From the IMG/VR virus record IMGVR_UViG_3300017766_005465, positions 1-64,000 of that record: DNA of 64,000 nucleotides; one strand, given 5' to 3'. The notes under the pieces are model-generated. The model saw only the letters and a list, made by a program, of their open reading frames with translations, did no database searches and was not told the DNA's origin. Numbering within the stretch: the first letter of the stretch is position 1; each line of letters begins with the position of its first letter. A program made the position numbers and the translations under genes. Positions 47,724-58,623 of this stretch are shown here, piece by piece. The stretch is from a virus.

Positions 47724-50700
47724 TTAGAAGAGTTGGATGGTGATGGTGGAGTAGGTATTTCCTACACCGAGCTGATTGAACTTAGTCTCCAGTGGATCGG
47801 GGACCGTCACGGTCTCGCCGGCGGCGTTAACGTACGTTGAGGTCTGGTCGAAGATCTCGCCCCTTGTCCAGTTCTGATACTCCTTGTTGGCGGAGTTGTA
47901 CTTTGTGGAGAGGATGTTGACAATGAAATTGGGGCGGATGTTCTTCGTGCGGAAGTACACCGCGATGTCGTGGACGTCATTGATAATGCGTTTGACCGAC
48001 TCCTTGGTGAGAACATTGCCCTCGAGCATGAATCTCAGGAGGGGCGGGGGCGAGGACGATCCGGTGCTCATGCCGGTGATATTCTTCAGGGTCCCCGACT
48101 GGTACTCCGAGAGGAGGTTGTTGTCAAGGTAGACGAATCTCAGCGCCCTGCAGTTTGTAAATAGGGGTATGGTGCCCGTCAGTTTTGCCGATCTGATATA
48201 CACCTGGTCCAGTGACACGTGGTTGTTAAAGAACTCCGAGATGTTCTGCCCCGCCCGGCGGAACGTGAGCGAGGCGGAGGTCACCGAGACCGGCGCATTG
48301 ATGTAGAGGAATAGATTGTCCCTGTCGATCTGGGTCACCCGACCGATGAAGCTCGTACCGCTATACACCTCGTCTCCGACCATGGCCTGGGAGTCTATTC
48401 TGAAGCCGCCCGGATTGCTCTGGTACAGTTTGTCGGACAGAGCGTTGGAGGTGTTGTTGTTGTTCCGTGACGTCCATGTCACACCCGGAGTATTCTCCTC
48501 CAGGGCGCCTGTCACGAGAGGCGCGATAAGCTTACCGCGATCGGCAACTGCTCCCCAGTTTCCTGGGTATCGCTGGGATAGTGTGCTATCCAGATTGACG
48601 TAACCAAGACCCTGGTTGACGGACGTTGTCTTGAAGTTGGGAAGCAGGGAACCACCGACCCCGTTGCCATTAGACGGGCCGTAGATAGACCCCACTCTGT
48701 TGGTATTAGTCGAGCCCAAGGCGGAGAGGTCCCTGAACCTGCAGTTGTGTATCCAGGTGTTAAACCCAACCCCTGCGGTGTTATTCGCGGTGAACACGGT
48801 TGGGAACACCCCTGTGAGGTAGGAGTCGCCTACGTAGAAGGTCGATACTCTGGGGAGGTTCTTTAGGTCATCGGGCCTGAACTCCATGTTCCTCGCCCCG
48901 CCATTGAAAATGTTGTGGAGGTAGAGAGCTGAGATAGTGTTATAGGACGTGGCCGTGGCCGGAGCGACAAAATTCTCCGGTAGTAAGTACTGACGCCCGT
49001 CCGAGGTCTCGTAGGGTTCCCAGTTATTAGCTCCCAGGTTGGCGTATGAGAGCTTAGGCGCGCCGGAAATCGAGAAGATCTTCCCCCACCACCCGGAGTA
49101 CCAAGCGTCTATACCGCCTAGGTTGGGAGCCTGAAGGATGTCATCCGAGAGCATAGTACCCACACCCACTCCGGTGTTGTACTTGGTTTTATTGCTCGTC
49201 TGAGCCACGCCGCAGTAGGTGCAGTTTACATTACCGAGCTTGGCCCAGGTAAGGCTTGTGCCATTCGCGATTCTGAAGGCCATGTCCCTGTAGTATATGC
49301 CCAGGTACTGGGCCTCCGCCAACCATCCGCTCCACGCCTGAGCCGCTGTACCCGTCCCCACAAAACTGTACTTGGGGATCCCGTCGACAGTGGTGTTGGG
49401 GATAGAGACTCCCAGATCGGCATTGGTGGTGCAGATACCACCAAACCATCCGCCAGCATCCGATCCGTTATTGATATCGAAGCCCGAGAACTTGAACTGT
49501 CCGATAAACTGCTGCTTGACGGCTCCGCTATCCGCCGTGTTCCAGGTAATGGTGTTTCCTAAGTACCTGATCGAGCCATTGACCTCACCGCGGTGCCCGC
49601 TAAGCCCTAGAGACATCGGGGCATTGTTGTTTTTCAGTTTGGGGATGAGGCCATAGAGGACTCTGGGACTAGTTCCACCGGTGTTTATATTGAGGGATCT
49701 GAGGTTCGGGAAGAGAGTAGTGAAGTCGGGGTTGGTAAGTCTGACCGTTGGCCCTAGATTGAGTTCCTCAAGGAGGATGAATGGTCTGAAGCCATTAGCG
49801 ATATCTACTACCGGAGCTGTGCCCCCATTCACGGAGATATTTCTCTGGTTCTTATACAGTGCGCCGGCGGAGTCCTGGGCGGTGGCTAGGTTACCACCGT
49901 ACGCTGTAATCGCTCCTGAGTTTGTCCAGCCACTATACCCTAGGACTTGGGCCAGAGTGATGTTGGGGATAGCACCCGCCGAACTGGCGCCGGTAACCCC
50001 GACGGGAGGCTCCTGCCAGTCGAAGTAGGATACTATACCATTGAGCCAGAACGCGTTGCCGGAGATATTTAGCTTCTTGAGTTTGCTGTGTAGGGTCTTT
50101 AGCCAGACCGGTAGCGTGGAGAAGTTGTTGTTGGAGATGTTCAGATCTTCCAACGAGGTGAATCCGATCAGTCCCAGGTCCCTGCCCGCCAGCTCTGTCA
50201 TCCCCAACCCGGAGAGGTTAGCGGCCACCACAACCGACGGATCCAGATATATGTACAGCAGGGCATCCACACCATTACATATGGTACCCGAGGTGCTTAC
50301 GTTGATATTGACCGTATTTACCGCACCTGACGACTGCACCGCCCCGCTCCTAGCCAGTCTCAGATCCGACAGCCTCTTAAGCTCCCATCCGTACACGAAA
50401 GCGGGGGATAAGGAGTTAGCGCCTATTCTGGAGAAGGATAGGGTGGCACCGCCGAAGATCCTCACGGGGAGGACGAGCGGGGAGTTCTTGGTGGCGTAGC
50501 ACTGCAGGTTGGTGACGCTTGGAGAGGTGTTTGTGGAGGTCCTCATGTACACCGGGATCTTCAGCGTGTCCGTTGGAGACTCCACGATCGAGCTCCTCTC
50601 TATGAGCAACTTGGAGGATAGTCTTAGCTCGTGGAGGTGGGAGCGCTTCCTGATCCTGAAGAGTCCGGGGTAGGACGCTGAGGTGTAAGCGCCGGCTCCG

Positions 50701-51173
50701 TTCTTCGACGCGCCGAAAAGACTCTCGCGCGAAGTGGGGACGGTGGTGGTTCTCACGTCTCCGTTCTCGTCGAGGAATCTGTATTCGATCCTCTTAGCCG
50801 CCAGACCTCCCTGGAAGACGATGATGTTATCCGACTGGAGATCGGTCACGAAGGACTGCTTTCCTGGCTCGCCTATTGCCTTATCGGTCGTGATGTTACC
50901 CAGCAGGGAGTAGTTGGCGTCTCCGAGTGTCCACGTCGAGATACCTACGGAGTGGATGATGGGTTTATCCAGTCCTCCGACCGTTCTAACGTCCTCCTTA
51001 GTAATCCCCTTGTCCGCGAGTCCATAGATCTGGTCCAGGCCCTCCGGCTCGAGGAGCAGGTTGGTGAGGGCGAGACGCTCGTCGGAGTCGTAGATCTCGC
51101 TGAGATCGTACCTGTCGACCAGACCGATGTCAGGACGATTCTGCTGAAGAAAGCTAAAAGATTCTACCATCAC
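47724..51173 (-). CDS. Leucine-rich-repeat-containing structural protein
   Basis: LEDLNISNNNFSTLP, LKKLNISGN, LEELNLG, LRSLNI, LSYANLGANN, LRFVYLDNNLLS. Confidence 0.75.
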   Translation of the reverse strand: MMVESFSFLQQNRPDIGLVDRYDLSEIYDSDERLALTNLLLEPEGLDQIYGLADKGITKEDVRTVGGLDKPIIHSVGISTWTLGDANYSLLGNITTDKAIGEPGKQSFVTDLQSDNIIVFQGGLAAKRIEYRFLDENGDVRTTTVPTSRESLFGASKNGAGAYTSASYPGLFRIRKRSHLHELRLSSKLLIERSSIVESPTDTLKIPVYMRTSTNTSPSVTNLQCYATKNSPLVLPVRIFGGATLSFSRIGANSLSPAFVYGWELKRLSDLRLARSGAVQSSGAVNTVNINVSTSGTICNGVDALLYIYLDPSVVVAANLSGLGMTELAGRDLGLIGFTSLEDLNISNNNFSTLPVWLKTLHSKLKKLNISGNAFWLNGIVSYFDWQEPPVGVTGASSAGAIPNITLAQVLGYSGWTNSGAITAYGGNLATAQDSAGALYKNQRNISVNGGTAPVVDIANGFRPFILLEELNLGPTVRLTNPDFTTLFPNLRSLNINTGGTSPRVLYGLIPKLKNNNAPMSLGLSGHRGEVNGSIRYLGNTITWNTADSGAVKQQFIGQFKFSGFDINNGSDAGGWFGGICTTNADLGVSIPNTTVDGIPKYSFVGTGTAAQAWSGWLAEAQYLGIYYRDMAFRIANGTSLTWAKLGNVNCTYCGVAQTSNKTKYNTGVGVGTMLSDDILQAPNLGGIDAWYSGWWGKIFSISGAPKLSYANLGANNWEPYETSDGRQYLLPENFVAPATATSYNTISALYLHNIFNGGARNMEFRPDDLKNLPRVSTFYVGDSYLTGVFPTVFTANNTAGVGFNTWIHNCRFRDLSALGSTNTNRVGSIYGPSNGNGVGGSLLPNFKTTSVNQGLGYVNLDSTLSQRYPGNWGAVADRGKLIAPLVTGALEENTPGVTWTSRNNNNTSNALSDKLYQSNPGGFRIDSQAMVGDEVYSGTSFIGRVTQIDRDNLFLYINAPVSVTSASLTFRRAGQNISEFFNNHVSLDQVYIRSAKLTGTIPLFTNCRALRFVYLDNNLLSEYQSGTLKNITGMSTGSSSPPPLLRFMLEGNVLTKESVKRIINDVHDIAVYFRTKNIRPNFIVNILSTKYNSANKEYQNWTRGEIFDQTSTYVNAAGETVTVPDPLETKFNQLGVGNTYSTITIQLF

Positions 51174-54100
51174 TGCTCCTTGTAGTTGAGTGTCACGGAC
51201 ATGGTTCCGTTCACGCCTGGGGCGAGGTTTCTCGCGATCATGAAGAGCGCCTTATTGTTCCAGAAACTGGGTCCTATGGACTCGGTGTTGATGTTGAAGA
51301 TGTCCGAGAGATCTATCTCCGTAGGTTTATTTTCCGAGACGAAGAATGAAGCTACAGGGTCCCCTGACTCTTTAAACTCCAGCCATCTCACCGGGTAGTC
51401 GCCAACACCGGAGAAGCCCGCGCCCGAGAGGATATTGTTGCTGACAAAGCTGGGGCATTTCTTGCGTCGGTCCAGGCCACTAACTCCGCTAACGTCGTAG
51501 TAGGAGTAGTTGTCCGGGGTGAGGGTATCGGCGTGGTTGTAGGCAATCATCGACTTCTTCGCGGAAGTCACTGTATCCGAGGAACCACCGTCATGGAGGT
51601 CCAGGTTTCCGTCGATGTTATTCACGCTCAGAGTGCAGCCGTGTGGGGTGAATGGGGTTTGGATGACGCCATTAGGAGTTACCTGGCCCACAGTCATGCC
51701 TCCGATCTTGGCCCCCTCCCTCATCCTGATAAAGAATCTGATGGGGAAGAGGTTCTGGCCCACGATCTTCTGCGCTAGGAGGGTGGCGTCAGGCCTTAGA
51801 AGGCTCGGGACGTAGAGCGCTATGGCGCGGTACTTGGCCACGATGGCTGTGTCATTGCTAAACGGGGAGCCAGATATAATTGTCACTGGAAGCAGGTAGA
51901 GTTGGACGCTGGTGCCGGAGGGGGTGAAGACCTGCTGGGCCGCGCCGGGCGTCGTGCTTACGGTGATACTCGCTTCGTCGGAGTCCCTCTCCACAAATAG
52001 GGAGTTAGAGGCGCTCCAGAGGTCCGCTGGCCAGGGTGATGTCTTGGAGAGGTAGTAGGTCCCAGCCGTAGCTGTTCCGTCGATGCCGATATCCGTGAAG
52101 GAGGCCAGGGCCTGAATCTCCCCGGCTTTTCCGTAAATGGCGTGGCAACTTCCGCCCTCCGAACCCGGAACTCCGGGAAGTTGGGCGTCGATAAGACCCA
52201 TGGATTGCGACAGTCCCTCTGCTACCTCGAGTCCGCCATCTCCCACTGCCAGATAGGCCGGTTGATTTACAGCGAGAACGTTCTTCTTCAACTCGTTGGA
52301 GTCGAAGTTCACCGGCAGTCCTTCATAGTAGCGATAGTTGGAGCTGTTGGGGATCGACTTATCGACAACGTAGTAATTGCTTCCGTCCTGCAGTACCCGA
52401 ACGCTCTCCCCGTCACCACTCAGTCCGGTCCGATCAGCGGGGTTCTTAGGGTCTATGATGCCAAAATTAGGACCTACCCTACTCCGTGATACGATCGAGT
52501 TGGGGTACGTGTACGATCCAGGATTCTCCAGAGGCCAGATCACGCCGATCTGCATCTCCCCCATGTGGTTGCCATCGCAACCAAACTCGGCACTATTAAT
52601 ACCGCACCTCAAGTCGTAGGAGTCCTGGGACTCAGGAGTGATCCTCGTGTACAGGAGGTAGAACTCCTCGGTCGTAATGTCCACGGTGGATAGGAGCGAG
52701 GTATCCTGGCGGTACCTGGAGAGTTTTAGCGAGACGTCCTCCTTAAACCTAAACAGGAGTTCGGCGTCAGACCACGGGCGGTCCTTCGACTGCCCGACGT
52801 AGTACGCGCCATTACTACCCAGGGATCTCTGCACCACGATCTCCGGGCCACTGACACCCGTTGGGGACGTGGCGTACTCCTGCGTCGGATTGACGTACGT
52901 GGCGTACACCTTATCCCCGATCAGGTGGGAGCCGATCAGCGCCGACTCGTAAGCTTCCCAGCCTACAAACACCCCGCCGCTTATCAGGTTGCTAGAGGAT
53001 ACCGGGTAGGCGGAATCGGGTCCTACGTAGGAGAGCGTAGGAACCGGGGACTGCTCGTCGCGGTCTAGGAAGGAGAGCGATGTTACGTCTTTCTGGAGTC
53101 GGTTGATGCTGAAGAGGCCACGTAGCCGTTGTTCCTCTGGCAGAATGCACGTGTACCCCTCCTGGAAAGTAAAAGCGTTCTCCCGGCATCCGTACTGATT
53201 GACAAACTTCACCTCCGTCGCGGTTGTGGAGATGATGGACATGGAGATGGGAAAGACCTCTTTCTTGTTGGGGAAGGAGTTGCCCTCGGAGTTGATAATG
53301 TACTGTTTGGGTTTTAGGCCTAGGACGCTTGCCCAGTTGTAAATGGGAACCTCGATGGTGTCCGACGTGATGTCCGGAATCTGCCTATTCACCGACCTAC
53401 CGCTGGACAGCGACACAGTACCCTCGTCGCCACCGTCGATGTAGTAGGACGCTCCGTACTTCTCCACGAACTGGGGCAGGCGGATGCGGCTCGGGCTATC
53501 GACGTAGGCTCTGTACTTGAAGAAGAAGAACGGATCCTCAAGGCACGGTTGGCCGATCTGGTTCTCGATGACGAGAGTGTGCACCGTCACCCACCTTGAC
53601 GAGCCATTGCTCTGCGGGATATACATGTAGAACCGAGCACCGATGGCACCGTACCATCCGAACTCGATCTTGTACATGGTTACAGTGTCGGGGTTGAAGA
53701 TGTAACCACTCTTACCCTGGCCGTTGAGCCCGTCTCCATTCATCTGGTTCTGCTGGATGACGGTCTCGTAGACCTTGGTCACCGTCCTGTTTCTGACTCC
53801 GGCCTCGAGCTGGAGTACCTGGGAGTCGGTAAGCAGATCCTTGTACCTTACAACCCCCGTCAGCTGGGAGATGTACGCCTCGCGCTCCCTGTACTCAGCC
53901 TGGATGAATAGGTCGGTCTGCCCAAGCGGGATCGTGGACCTTCTGACCACGGAGAAGTCCGTGCCATCCTGGAGCCTGAAGAAGTAACCGTCGGTGTAGT
54001 TCTCCACCCCCCACTCGAGCAGGGATCCCGGGCCCGCTCCTTCTTCGGAGACACGGACGCCGTAGGTGAAGCCACTAATCCTACCGGGTTGGTAGCGGAA

Positions 54101-55405
54101 CGCCCTGAGAGACGTGAGAGTGATCACGGCAAGGCCGCACTCCCGCCCGCCGATCAGGTTACCGTCGGAGATTATATTGGTGATTTGGGGAATGGATATG
54201 TCGGAGAAGCTCTGGGGCCAGCTCTGGCCAAAGATGAGCGATTCCGACGGTGTGGTAGACGTGATGAGGAAGTAGGGAAGTTTGTAGTCGATCACAAACT
54301 GCGGGACTTCGCTCGGCGACGAGTACACCTGAAACTCCCAGTTTCTCAGATCGGCGGGAAGGGAGCTGTAGTCTATGCCCCAGTACTCGTCCCACAGTTC
54401 CGGGTTACTGTTTGTCGCGATAACGTAGTGGCCCTGGTTCGGCTCGCGCCAGGTGTAACGGGTGGAGGCGAAGAAGAACTTGTTGAAGTTTACGGATACG
54501 TTGGCTTCCTCGGCGGGCAGGTCGGCTCCGAACAGAGCCGTGAGGTCTATGGTGTCCTCGCCGGCATCCGGGGCGAAGTTGAACATGGTGCCGCGCGGGA
54601 TGATGGGGATATTACCCGAGGACTCAAAACGACCCTGGTTAATATCCAGCCAGATCTGATCCCAGTAGAGGCGATTGAATTTCCCGTCGGAGGTCTTGGG
54701 GTACTTTCTCTCGATGAAGTTGAGACGGAAGGCGTTTCTCTGCTCAGGCGTAAAGTTATTGACCATGTACTCGATGATGTACATAGCCACGAGGGACTGG
54801 ATGTAGCGCCCCCACCCAGGCCCAGGATTGTCGGTGATGCCCTTGATTTTGTTATAGACGGGCGGGTTGCTGGGGTCGGTGTAGGGTACGGGGTAGGAGT
54901 CAATGACGATGGACGAACCCTCGGAGTAGTCCCGGTCCCTCACTGGGATATGCGGTCCGGCCGGAGAGTTCTTACTGTCCCAGTCCTCATTCTGGACCCG
55001 CTGCTCCGCCCAGCCTGCGTACACCACCCAGTCCTTTCTATCCAGACCGTACGTACTAACATCGTCGAAGATCCCCTGCTGGGTCTCCGCTCTATCTATA
55101 CCGAGGAGCGACCTGGAGACGGCGCTCTGCTCGGCGAAACGCTCCTTAATCGGAAGGGCCGCTGGCCGGCCCTTGCTGTAGATGTTCCGTGTTGACAACC
55201 CATTCTTCTTGTAGGATTTGGGGTCCATGTTCACGGCCACCGACCCCTTTGAGAGGTAGTCGGGTGGGTAGTAAACGTCTTTCTTAGAGATCAGGGTGTT
55301 GCCTTCCTCGGAGAAGAGCGAGCTTCCCTGATAGCTGATCATCTGAAGCTCCTTCTCGTAGGTCCTAACGCCCGTCTTCTGGGCTCTAATGCTATACTGA
55401 GCCAT
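51170..55405 (-). CDS. Large virion structural protein (paralogue of 55412-58510)
   Basis: 1411 aa with FRYQPGRIS, TMYKIEFGWYGAIGA and KYGASYYIDGGDEGTV. Confidence 0.7.
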   Translation of the reverse strand: MAQYSIRAQKTGVRTYEKELQMISYQGSSLFSEEGNTLISKKDVYYPPDYLSKGSVAVNMDPKSYKKNGLSTRNIYSKGRPAALPIKERFAEQSAVSRSLLGIDRAETQQGIFDDVSTYGLDRKDWVVYAGWAEQRVQNEDWDSKNSPAGPHIPVRDRDYSEGSSIVIDSYPVPYTDPSNPPVYNKIKGITDNPGPGWGRYIQSLVAMYIIEYMVNNFTPEQRNAFRLNFIERKYPKTSDGKFNRLYWDQIWLDINQGRFESSGNIPIIPRGTMFNFAPDAGEDTIDLTALFGADLPAEEANVSVNFNKFFFASTRYTWREPNQGHYVIATNSNPELWDEYWGIDYSSLPADLRNWEFQVYSSPSEVPQFVIDYKLPYFLITSTTPSESLIFGQSWPQSFSDISIPQITNIISDGNLIGGRECGLAVITLTSLRAFRYQPGRISGFTYGVRVSEEGAGPGSLLEWGVENYTDGYFFRLQDGTDFSVVRRSTIPLGQTDLFIQAEYREREAYISQLTGVVRYKDLLTDSQVLQLEAGVRNRTVTKVYETVIQQNQMNGDGLNGQGKSGYIFNPDTVTMYKIEFGWYGAIGARFYMYIPQSNGSSRWVTVHTLVIENQIGQPCLEDPFFFFKYRAYVDSPSRIRLPQFVEKYGASYYIDGGDEGTVSLSSGRSVNRQIPDITSDTIEVPIYNWASVLGLKPKQYIINSEGNSFPNKKEVFPISMSIISTTATEVKFVNQYGCRENAFTFQEGYTCILPEEQRLRGLFSINRLQKDVTSLSFLDRDEQSPVPTLSYVGPDSAYPVSSSNLISGGVFVGWEAYESALIGSHLIGDKVYATYVNPTQEYATSPTGVSGPEIVVQRSLGSNGAYYVGQSKDRPWSDAELLFRFKEDVSLKLSRYRQDTSLLSTVDITTEEFYLLYTRITPESQDSYDLRCGINSAEFGCDGNHMGEMQIGVIWPLENPGSYTYPNSIVSRSRVGPNFGIIDPKNPADRTGLSGDGESVRVLQDGSNYYVVDKSIPNSSNYRYYEGLPVNFDSNELKKNVLAVNQPAYLAVGDGGLEVAEGLSQSMGLIDAQLPGVPGSEGGSCHAIYGKAGEIQALASFTDIGIDGTATAGTYYLSKTSPWPADLWSASNSLFVERDSDEASITVSTTPGAAQQVFTPSGTSVQLYLLPVTIISGSPFSNDTAIVAKYRAIALYVPSLLRPDATLLAQKIVGQNLFPIRFFIRMREGAKIGGMTVGQVTPNGVIQTPFTPHGCTLSVNNIDGNLDLHDGGSSDTVTSAKKSMIAYNHADTLTPDNYSYYDVSGVSGLDRRKKCPSFVSNNILSGAGFSGVGDYPVRWLEFKESGDPVASFFVSENKPTEIDLSDIFNINTESIGPSFWNNKALFMIARNLAPGVNGTMSVTLNYKEQ

Positions 55406-55411
55406 GAGGAA

Positions 55412-58400
55412 TCACTGCTCCTCCCAGGTCAGGGCGTTATTGACTTTGAACGGTGAGGTGGCGGGAGTGGTTGAGCCTAACGCCTGGACCGATATATCGT
55501 AGTGGCCCTGGAGGGTGATGATGTCCACCTCGTCGGTGAGAGGGAAGGACAGATACTCCTTATTGTAGGCGAAGTAATCCTGGAGGTCGAATTGGTAACC
55601 CCCGGCGTTCGCGTAGTAGGAGAGGATCTCGTTGCCGGTATCGGAGATGGGGGTAAGGTCCAGGTCCTGGGCGATCTGCACACCTGAGAGACGGGTGATG
55701 TCCTCCCAGGTTGCCAGACCATCGGCCTCAAGGCGATTCCACTTAGTCTGGTCGGTGGAGGCGGTCGATCCGAGAATACCTCCGCCGGCGGAGAGCACGG
55801 CCTCCGAGAGCACTCCGGCAGAGCTAAGAGTGAGGTGCCGCTCTGGGATGAAGAGTCCGACGATGTAGATGTCCTCAGGATAGGAGAAGAACTTCTCGAA
55901 GAAGTACCCGGCTGAGGTCTGGAATAGTTTTCCGAGGATGGGGGTGTAAGCCGCGGGCGAGGTGGATCCGATGGTCCAGCCGGTGGAAGCCGTGGACTGG
56001 GACGTGGTGCCCAGGAAGTAACCGTAACGGTACTTTCCTACTCCGATAGTCGGAGGGGAGGCGAAGCCCACTTGCACGGGCAGAGTCGAGTTCTTAGTAT
56101 TGACGTAGTTGTTGGAGGTGGTTACAGGATCACGGACGATACCCGCTCCGGTGTAAGCCACCGAGGTACCAAGAGATGTCGAGGTATTAGTTACGATGAA
56201 GAGTGGGTTCTTAAAGGCTCTCAGGGTGAGAAGTTCACCTGAAGTCCCCCCGGTCACGCCCGCTCCGTACTTGATGGGGTAGATCTGGAGGCGGTTGCGG
56301 ACGGGTTTACCATCTCTGTTGTAGATGAAGTCCTTGGCGCGGACTGTTAGGAGGGAGCGCTGGGTCCTGGGGGTGACGAGTCTTACGCCTGTGGCGTTGG
56401 TCGCCGGAAGCGCGGAGTTGGTGAAGTGGAGGGTAATGTCATTACCACTCTGCGTCACCCACTTGACCTTGGCGGTGGAGTCGGATGCCAGGTACGCTCC
56501 CATCAGACCAACAGCCACTCCACCGGCCACGTTGGGATGGGTTACGGCGGAGTAGGTTAGCTCGGAGGCTGATGTCCTCGTCCAGTTAGTAGCGGTGAAG
56601 TCGTAGAAGCCCTTGGGCACCTCACGCTGGAAATCGGAGGCCTTTGAGAGCAGGCGGACGGTACCTTTATCCCCTCCGTCAATGTAGTAGGAAGCACCGT
56701 ACTTGACCAGGGTGTTGCCGATGTCCGTCGACTCGAGTCCGCTCTCCGGACCCCCGTGGATGAGGTAGGTGATGGGGAGGGTGGCATTACCCAGAGAAGC
56801 GACCGAGTGCTGGTTGGAGGCTCGGATGTGATGGACTCTCACCCACCTCGCCTCGTTGTTGCCAACGGGCACGTAGCAGAGGAAGATGGCGCCAACAGCG
56901 CCGTACCACGAGAACTCGATCTTCCACATTGTTACCTTTGTGAAATCGATGTTGTAGGCCGACTGTACTTTTATAACTTCAGCGTTTGCGTCTTTAATAG
57001 GCTCTCCAGGAAGGTTGATAACGGAACCGCCTCCTACTGTGGTGTCCTCAGCGGCGGTGTTTACGTCACTCCAGCGTAACACCGACTCAGCGCCATCGAG
57101 TTTGTCGCCGGAGAACATCGCTCTCACAGGTCTCCACTCGTATACCATGCGGTAGGGCTTGGGAACGCACAGGTTGAACCACTCCTTGAGGGTTACGTTG
57201 CCGTTGGTGACTGTGCGGGCTTTAACGTTTGCTGGGAGGCTGGGGGAGGCCGAGTGCTGGGCGTCGGAGATACGATAGCCGGCATCAACACCCTGGGTAT
57301 TCACCATCAGGTGCCACACCTTCTTCTCACTATTGGAGGTGGAGGGAGCGGTGTCCCAGGTATTGGCGATGATCGTGGAGTTGTAGGAACTGATCGATGA
57401 TCCGGCGATGCCCCACTCCGAAGCCTCCAGAGATGTTTTGTCCGAAGGGAACGTGGTATACGAAGCTTTACGGTTTAAGTTGGAGATAATCTGGTAGAAA
57501 TTACAGTGAGCGTCAAGGCGAATATAACCGTTAGAAAGAGTGTCTGAGTGAGTCTGACCGGGGGTATAGACCGGGCCGCTCTTTTTCTGGTCGAATGGGA
57601 ACTGGAATTTACGATCGGCCATAACCTCCGACCAGACTGTTCCGTTGAAAGTCGCGAGGCGAACGGCGTAACCGGAGTCGGACTGGTAGTTCTTCAGAGC
57701 TCCGGAGGGGTCTCCTGACGCATCAATAGCGGCAACGCTCTCGGGAGCGTAGACGAGGGAGGGGTCGTAGATCGCAGCGGCGGTGTAGACTAGGCCGTCT
57801 CTCACGATAACCGGGTCGAGTCCCGCCACGCCGAAGTTGGTCGCTGGAGTGAAGTCGGTGTCGTCGCTGTTCTGGAACCAGCTCAGAGCCCCGGCGTAGC
57901 CGGAGGGCTCGGAGGGGATGATGGCCTGCGTCCGACGAACGCAGCGGAAGTCGTTGCCCTTTCCGGCGTTAGCCGTCTCGAAGTAGTAGCCGTCGAATTT
58001 GTCGAAGATGCCCCACTTCTTCAGCGATGGAGCTCCCTTCATCTTGGCCTGGAGGGCGGAGGTCTGCTCCTCTGGGTCGCGAGTGATGTTCATCTTCACA
58101 CCCATTGTGGAGGCGGAGACGCGTCCAGGCTGGTAGCGGAAGAAGCGCTTGGAGGTCAGTACGGTGGTCTTGACGTCCGGAGCCACGAGTCTCGCCCCGG
58201 CTTCCTCAGGGATGTGCTCCACACCGTAGTCGATGCCCTCGCCGCTAGGATCGGGAGTGTTCTCGGGCGGGAACTGAGCCCACTCGGACGGGTTGACGTC
58301 GTAGGTGTTAACGTCAGCGAAGATACCCAGCGCCACCTCGGCTCTAGGGATACCCAGCAGGCTCAGCGCCACTTCCGACTGGATCTTATTCTGCTCCTCT

Positions 58401-58510
58401 ACGGGTATAGGTGCCTGATCCTCGGCAAATACCACTGGGAGAGAGTTAGCGGCCGGTTGTTGGCCTAGAGGTACCGGTGAGGTCTTTCCAACGCTGACTT
58501 TTGATGCCAT
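55412..58510 (-). CDS. Large virion structural protein (paralogue of 51170-55405)
   Basis: 1032 aa with FRYQPGRVS, TMWKIEFSWYGAVGA and KYGASYYIDGGDKGTV. GTTTAAAG upstream. Confidence 0.7.
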   Translation of the reverse strand: MASKVSVGKTSPVPLGQQPAANSLPVVFAEDQAPIPVEEQNKIQSEVALSLLGIPRAEVALGIFADVNTYDVNPSEWAQFPPENTPDPSGEGIDYGVEHIPEEAGARLVAPDVKTTVLTSKRFFRYQPGRVSASTMGVKMNITRDPEEQTSALQAKMKGAPSLKKWGIFDKFDGYYFETANAGKGNDFRCVRRTQAIIPSEPSGYAGALSWFQNSDDTDFTPATNFGVAGLDPVIVRDGLVYTAAAIYDPSLVYAPESVAAIDASGDPSGALKNYQSDSGYAVRLATFNGTVWSEVMADRKFQFPFDQKKSGPVYTPGQTHSDTLSNGYIRLDAHCNFYQIISNLNRKASYTTFPSDKTSLEASEWGIAGSSISSYNSTIIANTWDTAPSTSNSEKKVWHLMVNTQGVDAGYRISDAQHSASPSLPANVKARTVTNGNVTLKEWFNLCVPKPYRMVYEWRPVRAMFSGDKLDGAESVLRWSDVNTAAEDTTVGGGSVINLPGEPIKDANAEVIKVQSAYNIDFTKVTMWKIEFSWYGAVGAIFLCYVPVGNNEARWVRVHHIRASNQHSVASLGNATLPITYLIHGGPESGLESTDIGNTLVKYGASYYIDGGDKGTVRLLSKASDFQREVPKGFYDFTATNWTRTSASELTYSAVTHPNVAGGVAVGLMGAYLASDSTAKVKWVTQSGNDITLHFTNSALPATNATGVRLVTPRTQRSLLTVRAKDFIYNRDGKPVRNRLQIYPIKYGAGVTGGTSGELLTLRAFKNPLFIVTNTSTSLGTSVAYTGAGIVRDPVTTSNNYVNTKNSTLPVQVGFASPPTIGVGKYRYGYFLGTTSQSTASTGWTIGSTSPAAYTPILGKLFQTSAGYFFEKFFSYPEDIYIVGLFIPERHLTLSSAGVLSEAVLSAGGGILGSTASTDQTKWNRLEADGLATWEDITRLSGVQIAQDLDLTPISDTGNEILSYYANAGGYQFDLQDYFAYNKEYLSFPLTDEVDIITLQGHYDISVQALGSTTPATSPFKVNNALTWEEQ

Positions 58511-58564
58511 TGTAAACGCATGCTCTGTATGTATCTACTTTAAACATCACAGGGCCGAACAGCG

Positions 58565-58601
58565 AAAAAAGCCAGGGAGGAGGGGAAAGCTCCGCCCCGG
58601 C
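58565..58601 (-). terminator. Rho-independent terminator
   Basis: Minus strand GCCGGGGCGGAG-loop-CTCCTCCCTGGC followed by TTTTTT. Confidence 0.65.
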
Positions 58602-58623
58602 CAGTCGCCGTGTCAGGATCTCA

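Noticed and set aside
1126-55195. Long antisense ORFs (e.g. 1126-2004, 3434-4306, 16341-17330, 20989-21801, 54089-55195)
   Set aside because: They are shadows of GC3-rich genes on the opposite strand and carry no recognisable motifs.
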